Part shown: positions 43,321 to 53,444 of the stretch, one piece after another
Layout of the letters: the number at the start of each line of letters is the position of its first letter
Position numbering within the stretch: position 1 is the stretch's first letter
From: Gemmatimonadota bacterium
Lineage (GTDB): Bacteria; Gemmatimonadota; Gemmatimonadetes; Palauibacterales; Palauibacteraceae
Direction: 5' to 3'
NCBI GenBank assembly: GCA_963666735.1
Contig: OY762926.1
Coordinates: forward strand, 544,001-608,000
Length of the DNA stretch: 64,000 bases
Made by a program: the position numbers and the translations under genes
Notes under the pieces: generated by a model
What the model saw: the letters and a program-made list of their open reading frames with translations, nothing else
Databases searched by the model: none
What the model was told of the DNA's origin: nothing

Positions 43321-44217
43321 GTGACGTTCTTCATCATCGGCAACGCCGACCACCCGGAACTGGAGCCGCTTCTCCACCGCGTCGAGCGGAAAGCGGATGA
43401 GCTCGGTGTCTCTCTCGTCTTCGAGCCGTCGCTCGCGCTGAAGGCCGGATGCGACTCCGCCTCGCTGGAGGAGATCGAAGGGGAGGTCACCCTCGTGCTG
43501 GTCCTCGGCGGGGATGGTACGTTGCTGCGGGCGGCTCGTCTGGCGGCGCCCCGCGGGATTCCCGTGCTGGGCTGCAACCTGGGCCGGCTGGGGTTTCTCA
43601 CGATGGTGTCGGAGGATGAACTCGAGGCGGCGATGTCGATGGTGGCGAGCGGGGACTACGCGCTCGAGAGGCGGATCGCCCTCCGCATCCGGGTGGTTCC
43701 GCACGGACCCGACGGGCCGGACGAGCGGAGCTTCTACGCGATCAACGACGCGGTCATTCACAAGAGCGGCTTCGCCCGCCTGATCGGGCTGCGCGTGCTG
43801 GCCGATGACGATGAAGTGGGACACTACAGCGCGGATGGCATCATCCTCGCCACGGCCACGGGCTCGACCGCCTACAGCCTCTCCGCGGGCGGCCCCATCG
43901 TCTCCCCGACGATGGATGGCATCGTCGCCACGCCGATTTCGCCGCACACGCTCGCCGTGCGCCCGGTCGTGTTTTCGGGAGACACGAGGATCTCCGTCGA
44001 ACTCCTCTCGGGCGACCACGACCTGCAACTGACCGTCGACGGACAGCCGGGTTGTCTTCTTTCGGTCGGGGACCGCGTGGAAGTCTCCCGCTCGCGGCAC
44101 GCCGTGGGTCTGGTCCGGCTGCCCTGCCATTCGTTCTTCACCGTACTCAGGCGGAAGCTGCGGTGGGGCGATGTCCGCCAACACCCAACGCCCCCGTCCG
44201 GGGGGGAAGGGGAATAG
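43321..44217 (+). CDS. nadK: NAD(+) kinase
   Basis: LGGDGT, NLGRLGFL, IND, TATGSTAYSLSAGGPI, VDGQ. GTG start inferred. Confidence 0.95.
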   Translation: MTFFIIGNADHPELEPLLHRVERKADELGVSLVFEPSLALKAGCDSASLEEIEGEVTLVLVLGGDGTLLRAARLAAPRGIPVLGCNLGRLGFLTMVSEDELEAAMSMVASGDYALERRIALRIRVVPHGPDGPDERSFYAINDAVIHKSGFARLIGLRVLADDDEVGHYSADGIILATATGSTAYSLSAGGPIVSPTMDGIVATPISPHTLAVRPVVFSGDTRISVELLSGDHDLQLTVDGQPGCLLSVGDRVEVSRSRHAVGLVRLPCHSFFTVLRRKLRWGDVRQHPTPPSGGEGE

Positions 44218-44220
44218 CGG

Positions 44221-45885
44221 GTGTTGAGGGAGCTTCGGGTTCGGAACTTTGCCGTCGTCGAGGAAGCCACGCTTGAATTCGGACCGGGCCTCAGCGTGCT
44301 CAGTGGCGAGACCGGGGCGGGGAAATCCATCCTCGTTGAAGCGCTCGCGCTCCTCGTCGGAGGGCGACCGTCCCAGGACATGATCCGGGCGGGAGCTGGA
44401 ACCGCCCGCATCGAGGGCCGCTTCGAGATCGAGGACGTCGACGGACTGCGGGCGCTGTGCGAGGACGCAGGTGTCGACCGGGAAGATGGCTGGCTCATTC
44501 TGTCTCGCGAGTTGCGTCGCGAGGGGCGGCACCGGGCATGGGTCAACGGCTCACCGTCCACTACGGGAAGGCTGCGTGAGTTCGGGGTTCGGCTGCTCGA
44601 CCTCCACGGACAGCACGATCACCAGCGGCTCCTGGACCGCGCGTGGCAGCGGCGGATTCTGGACGCCCATGGCCGGCACGAGGCGCTGGCCGAGCAGACG
44701 GTGGCCGCCTACGGAGGCTTGCGGGCCATCGAGGGACGCCTCGAGGACACGCGCCGCGCCGCGCGCGAGGGGCGTGAACGCGCGGACTACCTGCGCTTCA
44801 AGCGGGACGAGATCGCCGGGGCCGGGCTCGATCCGCACGAAGATGAGGCGCTCGAATCGGAAGCCCGCCGCCTCTCGCATTCCGAAGAGTTGATCGAACT
44901 CTCGGGTTCGCTCCACCACGGGCTGTACGAAGGCGAGGGGTCGATCGTCGACCAGTTGGGCGAGTTCGCGGCCCGCCTCGAGGCGCTCGTCGCGATCGAC
45001 CGCGAGGCGGGTCCCTTCCGCGACCTGCTCGAGGCCGCGCTCCACAACGTGGAGGAACTCGGGCGGAACCTCGCTCCGTACCGGGACTCGATCGAGCACG
45101 ACCCTCGACGGCTCGACGAGATCCGCGTCCGGCAGGATCTCCTCTACCGGCTCAAGCGCAAGTACGGCGGCACCCTGGAAGAGGTGATTGGCGCGGGCGA
45201 GGAAGCCCGGCGTGAGTTGGAGACCGTGCGGGGAGCCGATGACGAGATCGAGCGCCTCGAAGCGGTCCGGGAGGCCGCGTCCGTCGAACTGGCCGCGCTG
45301 GCGTCGGAACTCTCCGAACGGCGCCGCGAAGCGGCCCGCGCGCTCGCCGAAGCCGTGACGGCCGCGCTCCCGGAGCTCGGGCTCCGGGGGGGGCGACTCG
45401 AGATCAGGCTCGACGCCTATGGCGAGATCAGGGGGACCGGCGCCGAACGGGTGGAGTTTCTCGTCTCCCTGAATCCGGGTTTCCCTCCGGCGCCGTTGCG
45501 GCGCGTCGCTTCCGGGGGCGAGATGAGCCGCCTCATGCTCGCGCTCGAGACCGCCCTCATCGAAGTGGACGACTTGCCGGTGCTCGTGTTCGACGAGATC
45601 GATGCGGGGATCGGGGGCGAGGTGGCGCACCGCGTGGCGGCCCGGCTCGTGCGGCTTTCGGCCGCGCACCAGGTGCTCGTCGTCACGCACCTCGCGCAGA
45701 TCGCGGCGCGCGCCGATGCCCACTACTCCATCGGCAAGGTCACGGAAGCCGACAGCGCGCGGACGTCGGTCCGGGTGCTCACCGGCGGCGAACGCGTCCA
45801 CGAAGTCGCCCGCATGCTCGGAGGCGACCCCGCCAGCCGCGCCTCGCGCGCCCATGCCGAGGAGTTGCTCGCGGGCCAGTTGTGA
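44221..45885 (+). CDS. recN: DNA repair protein RecN
   Basis: GETGAGKSI, HGQH, ASGGEMSR, FDEIDAGIGG, THLAQIAA. Confidence 0.97.
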   Translation: MLRELRVRNFAVVEEATLEFGPGLSVLSGETGAGKSILVEALALLVGGRPSQDMIRAGAGTARIEGRFEIEDVDGLRALCEDAGVDREDGWLILSRELRREGRHRAWVNGSPSTTGRLREFGVRLLDLHGQHDHQRLLDRAWQRRILDAHGRHEALAEQTVAAYGGLRAIEGRLEDTRRAAREGRERADYLRFKRDEIAGAGLDPHEDEALESEARRLSHSEELIELSGSLHHGLYEGEGSIVDQLGEFAARLEALVAIDREAGPFRDLLEAALHNVEELGRNLAPYRDSIEHDPRRLDEIRVRQDLLYRLKRKYGGTLEEVIGAGEEARRELETVRGADDEIERLEAVREAASVELAALASELSERRREAARALAEAVTAALPELGLRGGRLEIRLDAYGEIRGTGAERVEFLVSLNPGFPPAPLRRVASGGEMSRLMLALETALIEVDDLPVLVFDEIDAGIGGEVAHRVAARLVRLSAAHQVLVVTHLAQIAARADAHYSIGKVTEADSARTSVRVLTGGERVHEVARMLGGDPASRASRAHAEELLAGQL

Positions 45886-45950
45886 CGGCAGCCCGGCCCG
45901 GGCCCTGCCCGGCCGGGATGGCAGGAAGGTGCTGGCTAGCTTAGCTATAG

Positions 45951-47612
45951 CTAGAAGATGTTGATCGGGAAGCGGAGTTCGGCCCCGTAGCGGAAGGAGG
46001 CCGGCGTTCGCCCCCCGGAGCCCGAGATCGCGCGGCGCAACGAGATGCCGAACTGCCATGCTCCGCGCACAGGTCTTGCCCCCTCATGCAGTTCCTCGAC
46101 GCTCCCTGCTTCGGACAGGTCGATGAGGAGCCCGATTCCCATCCGATGGCGGGTTTGCGCTCCCTCCGCCGCTACCGTGTTCGGGTCCAGCCCCTCGATC
46201 GCCCCGACGAACTGGTAGGTGGGCGCCTGCAGCCGGAAGTAATCGTACTCGATCCCCACGCTGAGGGCGGCGTTGAAGCGAAGGGAAGGGCGAACCAGAA
46301 CCGCGAGGTAGTCTCCCAGATCGCGCCGCATCAGCGCGACCAGGTCTTCCTGGCCGTAGGGGCGATCCGGAGGGTTGAAGCGGATCACCGCCTCGTCGGG
46401 GCGCTGCAACCCGTAGCGGGCGGAAGCGCGGATCATGAAGAGGCTCCCGAGGGCGATGTCCTGGTACAGCGCCAGTTCGATGTCGGTTTGGCCGTCCCCG
46501 ATCGGCAGGTCCGACGAGTTCGACGGGTCTCCGAAGATCGTGAGGTTGCGGTTTCGGATAGGGAGTCGGGCCAGTCCGCCCACGCTCGTGCGGAACCGAA
46601 TGCCGCGTTCTGAAGCCGCGCCGGGATCGGACCCCGCTTCCGCACCCCCGGCCGGCCCCGGGATCGGCGTTCGGCGCGTGATGCCGTCGATCAGGTTCAC
46701 GCGCACGAAGACTTCGACCTCTCCCAGATCGAGTTCGTTTCTGCTGTCTCGCGGCAGTCGATCGGCGAGGCCCTGACTCAGGAACAACGTGTTGAAGTCG
46801 TCCTCGGTCGCGAACTCGGGCAGTGAAAGCTCCGGCAGAGCCAGGCCGAGGGCGTCGAACGCCGCCGCGAAGTCCGAGAATCGCCGCGCCATTTGGGTCC
46901 CCGCCGCGCTGGAAGCGGTGGGAATCAGGCTTCCGGCTGCGGCCCGCTGCCGCAGCGTGTTGATGAAGTTCCGCGTCGCCTCCCGGAGCGCGATCGCTTC
47001 CTCGAGGGCGGTCCCCGTAAGAGAGCCGCCGTCGATCAGCGAACCGAGATCGTCGAGCGCCGACCGCGAATCCAGGACAAAGGGCGCACCGGACTCGAAG
47101 GCCGCGACGTTACCGGTCACCGTCGCGGTGGAATCGAAGGCGAAGCCCACGGTCATGTCCGTGAGAGTGAAGGGAACCCGGGCTCCCACGCTTACCCAGT
47201 CGAGGACACCCATCTCGACGCCGAGCCCGAGCCGGCGCACCTGCGCCCGCATCGCGGAAAAGTCCAGCCCGCCGAACGAAAAGTCGTCCTCGGTCACGGG
47301 GTCGAAACCGAGCGCCTCCGCATCGTCGTTGAATCCCTGGATGAGAGCGAAGGGGGGAGGGAACATGCGGCGGGCGAGCGGGCCGTCGAAGTGGGCGGCA
47401 AGCGGCTCGCGCTCGCCGTCGGCGATCCCCGCGCTCGAGTCGAGGGCGAACTGCTCGGACCAGTTCAGCAGGGTCGGCTGAACGGTGAGCCACAGATTCC
47501 CCTTCCGCGGCAGTCGCGCGTCGCTGAACTGCCCGGCCAGTTGGACGGGAGCCATGGCCGTGGCGACGAGGGCGAGAAGGACCGGAAGGGCGCGTCGGAT
47601 CTGCGGGAGCAT
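45951..47612 (-). CDS. hypothetical exported protein, probable outer-membrane beta-barrel with a helical insert
   Basis: Signal peptide MLPQIRRALPVLLALVATAMA, alternating beta-strand segments and a C-terminal Phe (YGAELRFPINIF). Confidence 0.65.
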   Translation of the reverse strand: MLPQIRRALPVLLALVATAMAPVQLAGQFSDARLPRKGNLWLTVQPTLLNWSEQFALDSSAGIADGEREPLAAHFDGPLARRMFPPPFALIQGFNDDAEALGFDPVTEDDFSFGGLDFSAMRAQVRRLGLGVEMGVLDWVSVGARVPFTLTDMTVGFAFDSTATVTGNVAAFESGAPFVLDSRSALDDLGSLIDGGSLTGTALEEAIALREATRNFINTLRQRAAAGSLIPTASSAAGTQMARRFSDFAAAFDALGLALPELSLPEFATEDDFNTLFLSQGLADRLPRDSRNELDLGEVEVFVRVNLIDGITRRTPIPGPAGGAEAGSDPGAASERGIRFRTSVGGLARLPIRNRNLTIFGDPSNSSDLPIGDGQTDIELALYQDIALGSLFMIRASARYGLQRPDEAVIRFNPPDRPYGQEDLVALMRRDLGDYLAVLVRPSLRFNAALSVGIEYDYFRLQAPTYQFVGAIEGLDPNTVAAEGAQTRHRMGIGLLIDLSEAGSVEELHEGARPVRGAWQFGISLRRAISGSGGRTPASFRYGAELRFPINIF

Positions 47613-47694
47613 CGCGCGAGTATAGCAGTCCGGGGCGCGATGGAGAACCTTCACTTTCCCCCATGTGGCCGCTCCATTAGGCTGTGCAAACTCC

Positions 47695-47765
47695 GGCGCC
47701 GTGGCCGAGTGGTTAGGCAGGGGCCTGCAAAGCCCCCTACTCCGGTTCGAATCCGGACGGCGCCT
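47695..47765 (+). tRNA. tRNA-Cys (GCA)
   Basis: GGCGCCG/CGGCGCC acceptor stem, anticodon arm GGGGC-CTGCAAA-GCCCC, GGTTCGAATCC T-arm. CCA not encoded. Confidence 0.96.
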
Positions 47766-47834
47766 TTTTCCTGGCGGCTTTGCCGGCTGCCATGCTCTCC
47801 GGCGAGAACGGGAGGAGAACGGGAGGAGAATGGG

Positions 47835-48951
47835 TTGGCTCTCAAGCTGAAAGCGGACCAGGTTCTCCTGCTCCTTTTGGTCTTCGTTCCCATCACGCTG
47901 GTTCTCGAGTACGTCTTCCACGCGTCGGGGACCACGCTCTTTCTTGCCTCCGCGGTCGCGATCGTTCCCCTCGCCGGGATCATGGGGAAATCCACCGAGA
48001 TGCTTGCCGAGCACGTGGGCGCCGGTCTCGGAGGGCTGCTGAACGCGACGTTCGGGAAACGCCGCGGAACTCATCATCGCGATCTTCGCCCTCAGGGCGG
48101 GCCTGTACGACCTGGTGAAGGCGTCGCTCACGGGCTCGATCATCGGGAACATCCTCCTCATCTTCGGGCTGAGCGCGCTGCTCGGCGGCCTGAAATTCCG
48201 CAAGCAGGTCTTCAACCGGACGGCGGCCAAGCTGGGCTCCACGCTCCTTCTCCTGAGCGCGGTCGGACTCGTCATTCCGTCGCTGCTTCACTTTCTCCGG
48301 GACGGGGCGGAATCGGGGGCGGCAGCGGCGACGGGGGCGGGAGCCGGATCGGGCTCGCTGAGCCTCGAGATCTCCGTCGTCCTCATCGTCTGCTACATCC
48401 TCTCGCTCGTCTTCGCGCTGCGGACGCACGCGGAGCTCTACCAGGGGACGGCGCACGCCGATGGCGAGACGCACGCGGCGGCCGCGTGGTCGAAGGGCAA
48501 GTCGTTCGCGGTCCTCGTCGCGGCGGCCGCCCTCGTGGGCTGGATGAGCGAGATCCTCGTCGGCGGGGCGGAGGAGGCGGCCCACGCCCTGGGGATGACC
48601 GAGGTCTTCGTCGGCGTGATCGTCGTCGCCCTCGTCGGCAACGCGGCGGAACACTCGACCGCGGTGCTCGTCGCGCTTCGGAACAAGATGGACCTGTCGA
48701 TTCAGATCGCGGTGGGGTCGTCCCTCCAGATCGCCCTCTTCATCGCTCCGCTCCTCGTCTTCCTTTCCTACGCGATCGGGCCGGCGCCGATGGACCTCGT
48801 CTTCTCCCCGCTCGAAGTCGTGGCCGTCGCGGTCTCCGTCCTCGTGGTGGGACAGATCGCCGATGACGGCCAGACGCACTGGATGGAGGGCGTGCTCCTC
48901 CTCGCCGTGTACGTCGTGCTCGGGTTCGCCTTCTTCAACCTCCCCGGCTAG
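47835..48951 (+). pseudogene. cax: calcium/proton exchanger (CAX/ChaA family), frameshifted at about 48057-48059
   Basis: 5' part (TTG 47835, RBS GGAGG) reads [11 protein letters not shown]. An extra A (ttcgggAAAc) breaks the conserved GNAAE motif; the next frame continues NAAELII...[14 protein letters not shown]...GNAAEH...GSSLQIALF. May be a sequencing error. Confidence 0.85.
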
Positions 48952-49208
48952 AACCCGCGGCCTCGGCGTCGCCGCCGGGCCTGACGCAAAGCAACGATTC
49001 TCCAACCCGTCGCGTCTCAGTGTTGCGAAACCGCGGAATTTTCGACCGTTCCGCGGGGTCGGGTCTGACGGGAGCACTGAAGCCGGGGCGGCGGATCACC
49101 CTCCTGTGGCAGGGACGACGTAGGGATGAAGCGGTAGTACCGAAGTGGTCGCGCGCGCCCCGGCCTCACTCCCCGATGGGGACGAGTTCCAATGAACAAG
49201 AGTGGGTT

Positions 49209-49639
49209 CTATCGCCCGTCGTTGCCGTAGATCTCCTCACGACTGCATCGGAATCCTTCGGGCCATGGCCCGAAGTCGTGCGGCGTGAAGATGTCGTCGA
49301 TGGACACGGGCAAGACCGGTTCCGCCTCGATCGCGGCACGGGTGGTGTCGCCGTCCGCCGGCTCCGAACCTCGCACGAAGGTCAGGGTTTCTGCTTCCAG
49401 ATTCACGGATTTCGTCCTCCATCCCGCTGCCGTCCAGGCAAGGGCGTGGCTGTGACCGCCGCTCCGGCCGGGATTCGACCACCACGGGCGATGTACGCGC
49501 GCGGAAGGCGGTAGCTCGAAGCCGAGTATTCTCTCAAGCTCGGCGAAGGTGGTGCGCCACGCTCCTCCGACTCGAACGCTCAGGTGAGTGTAGAGGGGCG
49601 CGTACTTGCCACGCGCCGCCGCCTCCCGTACGAGGACAT
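49209..49639 (-). pseudogene. DUF7662-like domain protein with an antitoxin-like tail, probable 1-nt frameshift near the start
   Basis: The frame of track ORF 49209..49406 stays open upstream: REAAARGKYAPLYTHL...TFAELERILGFELPPSARVHRPWWSN...HALAWTAAGW. The coupled ATG at 49639 (TAATG) is out of frame by one base. Family name recalled, not searched. Confidence 0.6.
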
Positions 49640-49941
49640 TACGAGGTTCGCTCGGGGTCTCCCTGACGGTGATCGAGGAGTTGTTCGGTGAACGCCTGTC
49701 GCTCGGCGATCTGTCCTACCTGGTCCTGCAGGTCGGAAAGCGTCCGGAGGAGGCGGTCGTTCACCGCCGGACCCGGCAAGGCCTCCCTCACCCCGCTGGC
49801 GAGCCGGTCCGCCCGCTCTCGCGTGGCCTGTTCGAGAAAATAGCCCAGCTTGCGAGAGATCGGGAAGAGTACGATGCCGCCGGTGATGATCAGCACGATC
49901 GTGGAGACGAACGCGAAGACGACGACCAGGTCCAAGTCCAT
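49639..49941 (-). CDS. small membrane protein (1 TM plus coiled coil)
   Basis: RBS AGGAG, hydrophobic N-terminus, LQDQVGQIAERQAFTEQLL. Confidence 0.75.
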   Translation of the reverse strand: MDLDLVVVFAFVSTIVLIITGGIVLFPISRKLGYFLEQATRERADRLASGVREALPGPAVNDRLLRTLSDLQDQVGQIAERQAFTEQLLDHRQGDPERTS

Positions 49942-50167
49942 GCCAAGTCTCCTGGATCTCGGGTGAGGGTTCGGGCCGGTATCCGCCCGCGACGCGATAC
50001 GTGACGCGGACGGATACGGTGCTGACGGGAGAACGACGCTCGGAGTTTCGCGGGAGGGACCCGTGATGGCCAGACGTTACGGACTCCGGAGGTGTGGGTA
50101 TGGCTTGTCGGCCCGTGAATCACCCCGCAGTGTGATCCTCTGACGTTAACCCGGCCAGGAGGCGAGC

Positions 50168-51838
50168 GTGTCGGACGACTTCGGAAGGATCGGAAGGAAA
50201 GGCGCGGGGGCGGAGAGCGGGATGCGGCGACGAGGCTTTCTGAAGGCCGCGGCGGCGGCGACCGCGGCGGGGGCTCTGAATCCCCGGACGCTCGTCGCCG
50301 ATCCCACAGGGACCTCCCCCGCCCCCGGCGCGACGGGGCTGCGGGAACTGCGTGAAGCCGTTCAGGAGGAGGTCATCCCCCTCGGCAACGGGGAGCCGCC
50401 GGCCCTCCAGTTCCAGGCGTATCCGGGCGGGACGGGAGCGCTGCTGGAGAGGTACTGGCGCGCCGGGATGAATCCTTTCGAGAAGACATCGATCGAGGTC
50501 GAACCCTGGGAGGGACCCGTACCCTCGGCGGAGGAGGAGATCGCCTTCCTCCCGGTGCACCGGCTGTCGGCTCTCGTGAAGGAGCGCCGGGTCTCGCCGA
50601 CGGAACTGTTCGACATCTACATGGAGCGCATGAAGCGGTACGACCCCCTGCTGCTGTGCGCGGTGACGATCCTTGAGGACCGGGGCAGGGAAGAGGCGGA
50701 GCAGGCGGAAGCCGAGATCCGCGCGGGCGAGTGGCGCGGCCCCCTGCACGGGATCCCCTACGGCGTGAAGGACCTCTTCTCGACCGCCGGGGCGCGGACG
50801 ACTTGGGGCTCGGCGGCCTTCCGGACGCAGATGATCGAGGAGGATGCGGAGGTCGTGCGCCGGCTGAACGCGGCGGGTGCGGTGCTCATCGCCAAGCTCG
50901 CGACGGGAGAGTTCGCGCGGGGCGACCGCTGGTACCGCGGCCGGACGCTGAATCCGTGGAACCCGGCGTGGGGTTCGAGCGGGTCTTCCGCCGGGCCGGG
51001 GTCGGCGACGGCGGCCGGTTGTGTCGCGTTCTCCATCGGGACCGAGACGCGCGGGTCCATCGTCTCCCCGAGCCGCCGCAATGGGCTGAGCGCCCTCCGT
51101 CCCACCTTCGGGCGCGTGAGCCGCTACGGGGGCATGGTGCTCTCGTGGAGCATGGACAAGACGGGCCCCATGTGCCGCACGATCGAGGACTGCGCGCTCG
51201 TGTTCAACGAGATCCACGGCGCGGACGAGAAGGACCCCGCCTCCCTCACGACGCCGTTCCGTTTCGAGCGGAACCCGGACCTGGGCGCGCTCTCGATCGG
51301 GTACACGGAGGACGCGCCGCACTCCTTCATCGAGAAGCTAGAGGAACTCGGGGCGCGGCCGCGGCTCATGCGCGAACTGCCCGCCCAGTCGGCGAGTGCG
51401 CTGGGTGCCGAGTCGTCGTCGGCCTTTGACTTCCACGTGGCCCCGGGCGGGGAACTGCCCCCGGTGCCGGAGGGGCTCAGCGAGGCGGAGGAGCGTGACT
51501 TCACGCGCTTCCGGCGGGGGCGCGAGGGTCTGGCGATGGACTACGTGCACGCGCAGCGGCGGCGCCACATCGTGATGAAGCGCATGGCCGGGGCGATGGA
51601 GGGCTTCGACATGTTCGCCACCGGGTCGGGGGAGGTGGGACTCACGAACGAGACGGGACACCCCGCGGCGGTCGTCCAGTACGGCTTCGGCCCGCTCGGG
51701 CCCGAGGGCGAGGAGGCGGAACAACCCCTGACGACGACCTTGATCGGCGACCTGTTCGCCGACGACAGGATTCTCAGCGTCGCGCATGCCTTCCAGGCGG
51801 CGACGGACTGGCATACGCGCCACCCGGCACTCGACTGA
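50168..51838 (+). CDS. amidase-signature family enzyme with twin-arginine signal
   Basis: RRRGFLK TAT motif. GPLHGIPYGVKD, GSSGSSAG and GTETRGSI give the Lys-cisSer-Ser triad; RPTFGRVSR. Confidence 0.92.
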   Translation: MSDDFGRIGRKGAGAESGMRRRGFLKAAAAATAAGALNPRTLVADPTGTSPAPGATGLRELREAVQEEVIPLGNGEPPALQFQAYPGGTGALLERYWRAGMNPFEKTSIEVEPWEGPVPSAEEEIAFLPVHRLSALVKERRVSPTELFDIYMERMKRYDPLLLCAVTILEDRGREEAEQAEAEIRAGEWRGPLHGIPYGVKDLFSTAGARTTWGSAAFRTQMIEEDAEVVRRLNAAGAVLIAKLATGEFARGDRWYRGRTLNPWNPAWGSSGSSAGPGSATAAGCVAFSIGTETRGSIVSPSRRNGLSALRPTFGRVSRYGGMVLSWSMDKTGPMCRTIEDCALVFNEIHGADEKDPASLTTPFRFERNPDLGALSIGYTEDAPHSFIEKLEELGARPRLMRELPAQSASALGAESSSAFDFHVAPGGELPPVPEGLSEAEERDFTRFRRGREGLAMDYVHAQRRRHIVMKRMAGAMEGFDMFATGSGEVGLTNETGHPAAVVQYGFGPLGPEGEEAEQPLTTTLIGDLFADDRILSVAHAFQAATDWHTRHPALD

Positions 51839-51871
51839 CACTGGACTGACACTGGACGGACACTCGACGGA
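51828..51871. repeat. tandem repeat, 4 x 11 nt
   Basis: cactcgactga-cactggactga-cactggacgga-cactcgacgga; the first unit contains the amidase stop codon. Confidence 0.85.
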
Positions 51872-51898
51872 CGGGGACCCTCGGAGGACGGAGGACCG

Positions 51899-53176
51899 AT
51901 GATGAACAGAATGCCCAAACGCCTGCTGTGGGGCGTGCTCCCGGTGGTTGTGCTCGGCGGCGCCCTCGCGGTGGGGGGCGTCCCGGGGTCGCCGCCGGCC
52001 GAGGCGGACGCGGGCCGCATCGAGCGGCTCGGCGGCGCCCTGGCGTCCTACGTGGAGGAAGGGGAACTGGCCGGCGCCGTGGCTCTGGTCGCGCACGAGG
52101 GTGAGGTCGCCTATCTGGAGGCGGTCGGCCACCGCGATGTGGCGGCCGGCGATCCGATGGAGGCGGACGACATCTTCCGCATCGCCTCGCAGACCAAGGC
52201 CATCGTGAGCGTCGGCGTCATGATCCTGCAGGAGGAGGGTGACCTTCTCATCTCCGATCCGCTCGGCCGCTACCTGCCCGAATACATGGAGACGACGGTC
52301 GCCGTCGCCGACGGAGCCGGAGGATACGACATCATCCCGGCGAACCGGCCGATCACGGTCCGGGACCTGCTCACGCACACGGCCGGGGTCGGCTACGGGG
52401 GCGGTCCCGGGGCGGAGTTGTGGGCGGAGGCGGGCATCCAGGGTTGGTACTTCGCCCACCGCGACGAGCCGGTCCGGGAGACGGTGCGGCGCATGGCCGC
52501 GCTCCCCATGGACGCGCAGCCGGGCGAGAGTTTCGTGTACGGCTATTCCACGGACATCCTCGGCGCCCTCGTGGAGGAGGTGTCGGGCGAGCCGCTGGAC
52601 GATTTCCTCCGCTCGCGGATCTTCGAGCCGCTGGGCATGGTGGACACGCACTTCTACCTGCCCGAGGAAAAGCGCGACCGGCTCAGCGTGGTGTATTCGG
52701 CCGGCGAGGGCGGACTCGTACCGGCCCCCGATCCGGGCGGCATGGTCGGCCAGGGCGCGTACGTCGACGGCCCGCGAACCAGCTTCTCCGGCGGCGCGGG
52801 GCTCCTTTCCACGGCCCACGACTACGCCCGCTTCCTGCAGATGATGCTGAACGGCGGCGAACTCGACGGTGCCCGCATCCTGTCGAGCAAGAGCGTCGAC
52901 CTGATGACGGTCAACCACATCGGGGACCGGTTCAACTGGGGCGGCGGGGTCGGCTTCGGTCTCGGGTTCAGCGTACTGGCCGATCTAGGCGCGCGCGGAA
53001 CCCCGGGCTCGGTCGGCGAGTACGGGTGGGGCGGGGCGTACCACTCGACGTACTGGGTGGATCCCGCCGAGGATCTCGTCGTCGTCTACTTCACGCAGCT
53101 CATCCCGGCCGACGGCGTGGACGATCACGCGAAGCTGCGCACGCTGGTGTACCAGGCGCTCGACGAGATGGAATAG
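51899..53176 (+). CDS. serine hydrolase, beta-lactamase/esterase (class C-like) family, exported
   Basis: FRIASQTK (SxxK), LLTHTAG, FVYGYS, GAGLLST, WGGA; signal peptide. Confidence 0.92.
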   Translation: MMNRMPKRLLWGVLPVVVLGGALAVGGVPGSPPAEADAGRIERLGGALASYVEEGELAGAVALVAHEGEVAYLEAVGHRDVAAGDPMEADDIFRIASQTKAIVSVGVMILQEEGDLLISDPLGRYLPEYMETTVAVADGAGGYDIIPANRPITVRDLLTHTAGVGYGGGPGAELWAEAGIQGWYFAHRDEPVRETVRRMAALPMDAQPGESFVYGYSTDILGALVEEVSGEPLDDFLRSRIFEPLGMVDTHFYLPEEKRDRLSVVYSAGEGGLVPAPDPGGMVGQGAYVDGPRTSFSGGAGLLSTAHDYARFLQMMLNGGELDGARILSSKSVDLMTVNHIGDRFNWGGGVGFGLGFSVLADLGARGTPGSVGEYGWGGAYHSTYWVDPAEDLVVVYFTQLIPADGVDDHAKLRTLVYQALDEME

Positions 53177-53220
53177 CCGCGCGCGGCCCTCTGTTGTAGA
53201 TCTGAGGGCCGCGCTCGCGA

Positions 53221-53304
53221 GCCGGAGTGGCGGAACTGGCAGACGCGCCGGACTCAAAATCCGGTGGGAGCAATCCCTTGAGGGTTCGAGTCCCTCCTCC
53301 GGCA
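53221..53304 (+). tRNA. tRNA-Leu (CAA)
   Basis: GCCGGAG/CTCCGGC acceptor stem, CCGGA-CTCAAAA-TCCGG anticodon arm, long variable arm, GGTTCGAGTCC. Confidence 0.96.
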
Positions 53305-53444
53305 TGACCCTTCGGTCCGCTACGCCGAGCCCGCCGCCCTCAAACGCCGGACGACGCGCGGGTGTCTTTCGTAGCGTCGGGCGTGACTCTCACTTTCGAC
53401 CGTGTTGCCGCGCCGAGCGCCACTACCGCCAGGAGCCCCGAACC

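Noticed and set aside
48054..48060. GGGAAAC as a programmed -1 frameshift site in cax
   Set aside because: It is read GGG-AAA-C, not in the X-XXY-YYZ phase, and restoring the gene needs a +1 shift.
48952..49208. Possible structured ncRNA between cax and the DUF7662-like gene
   Set aside because: One good stem (ccgcggaa/ttccgcgg) fits a terminator between convergent genes; no recognisable RNA family motif.
47695..53304. Genomic island integrated at tRNA-Cys or tRNA-Leu
   Set aside because: No integrase and no duplicated tRNA 3' end was seen in the window.
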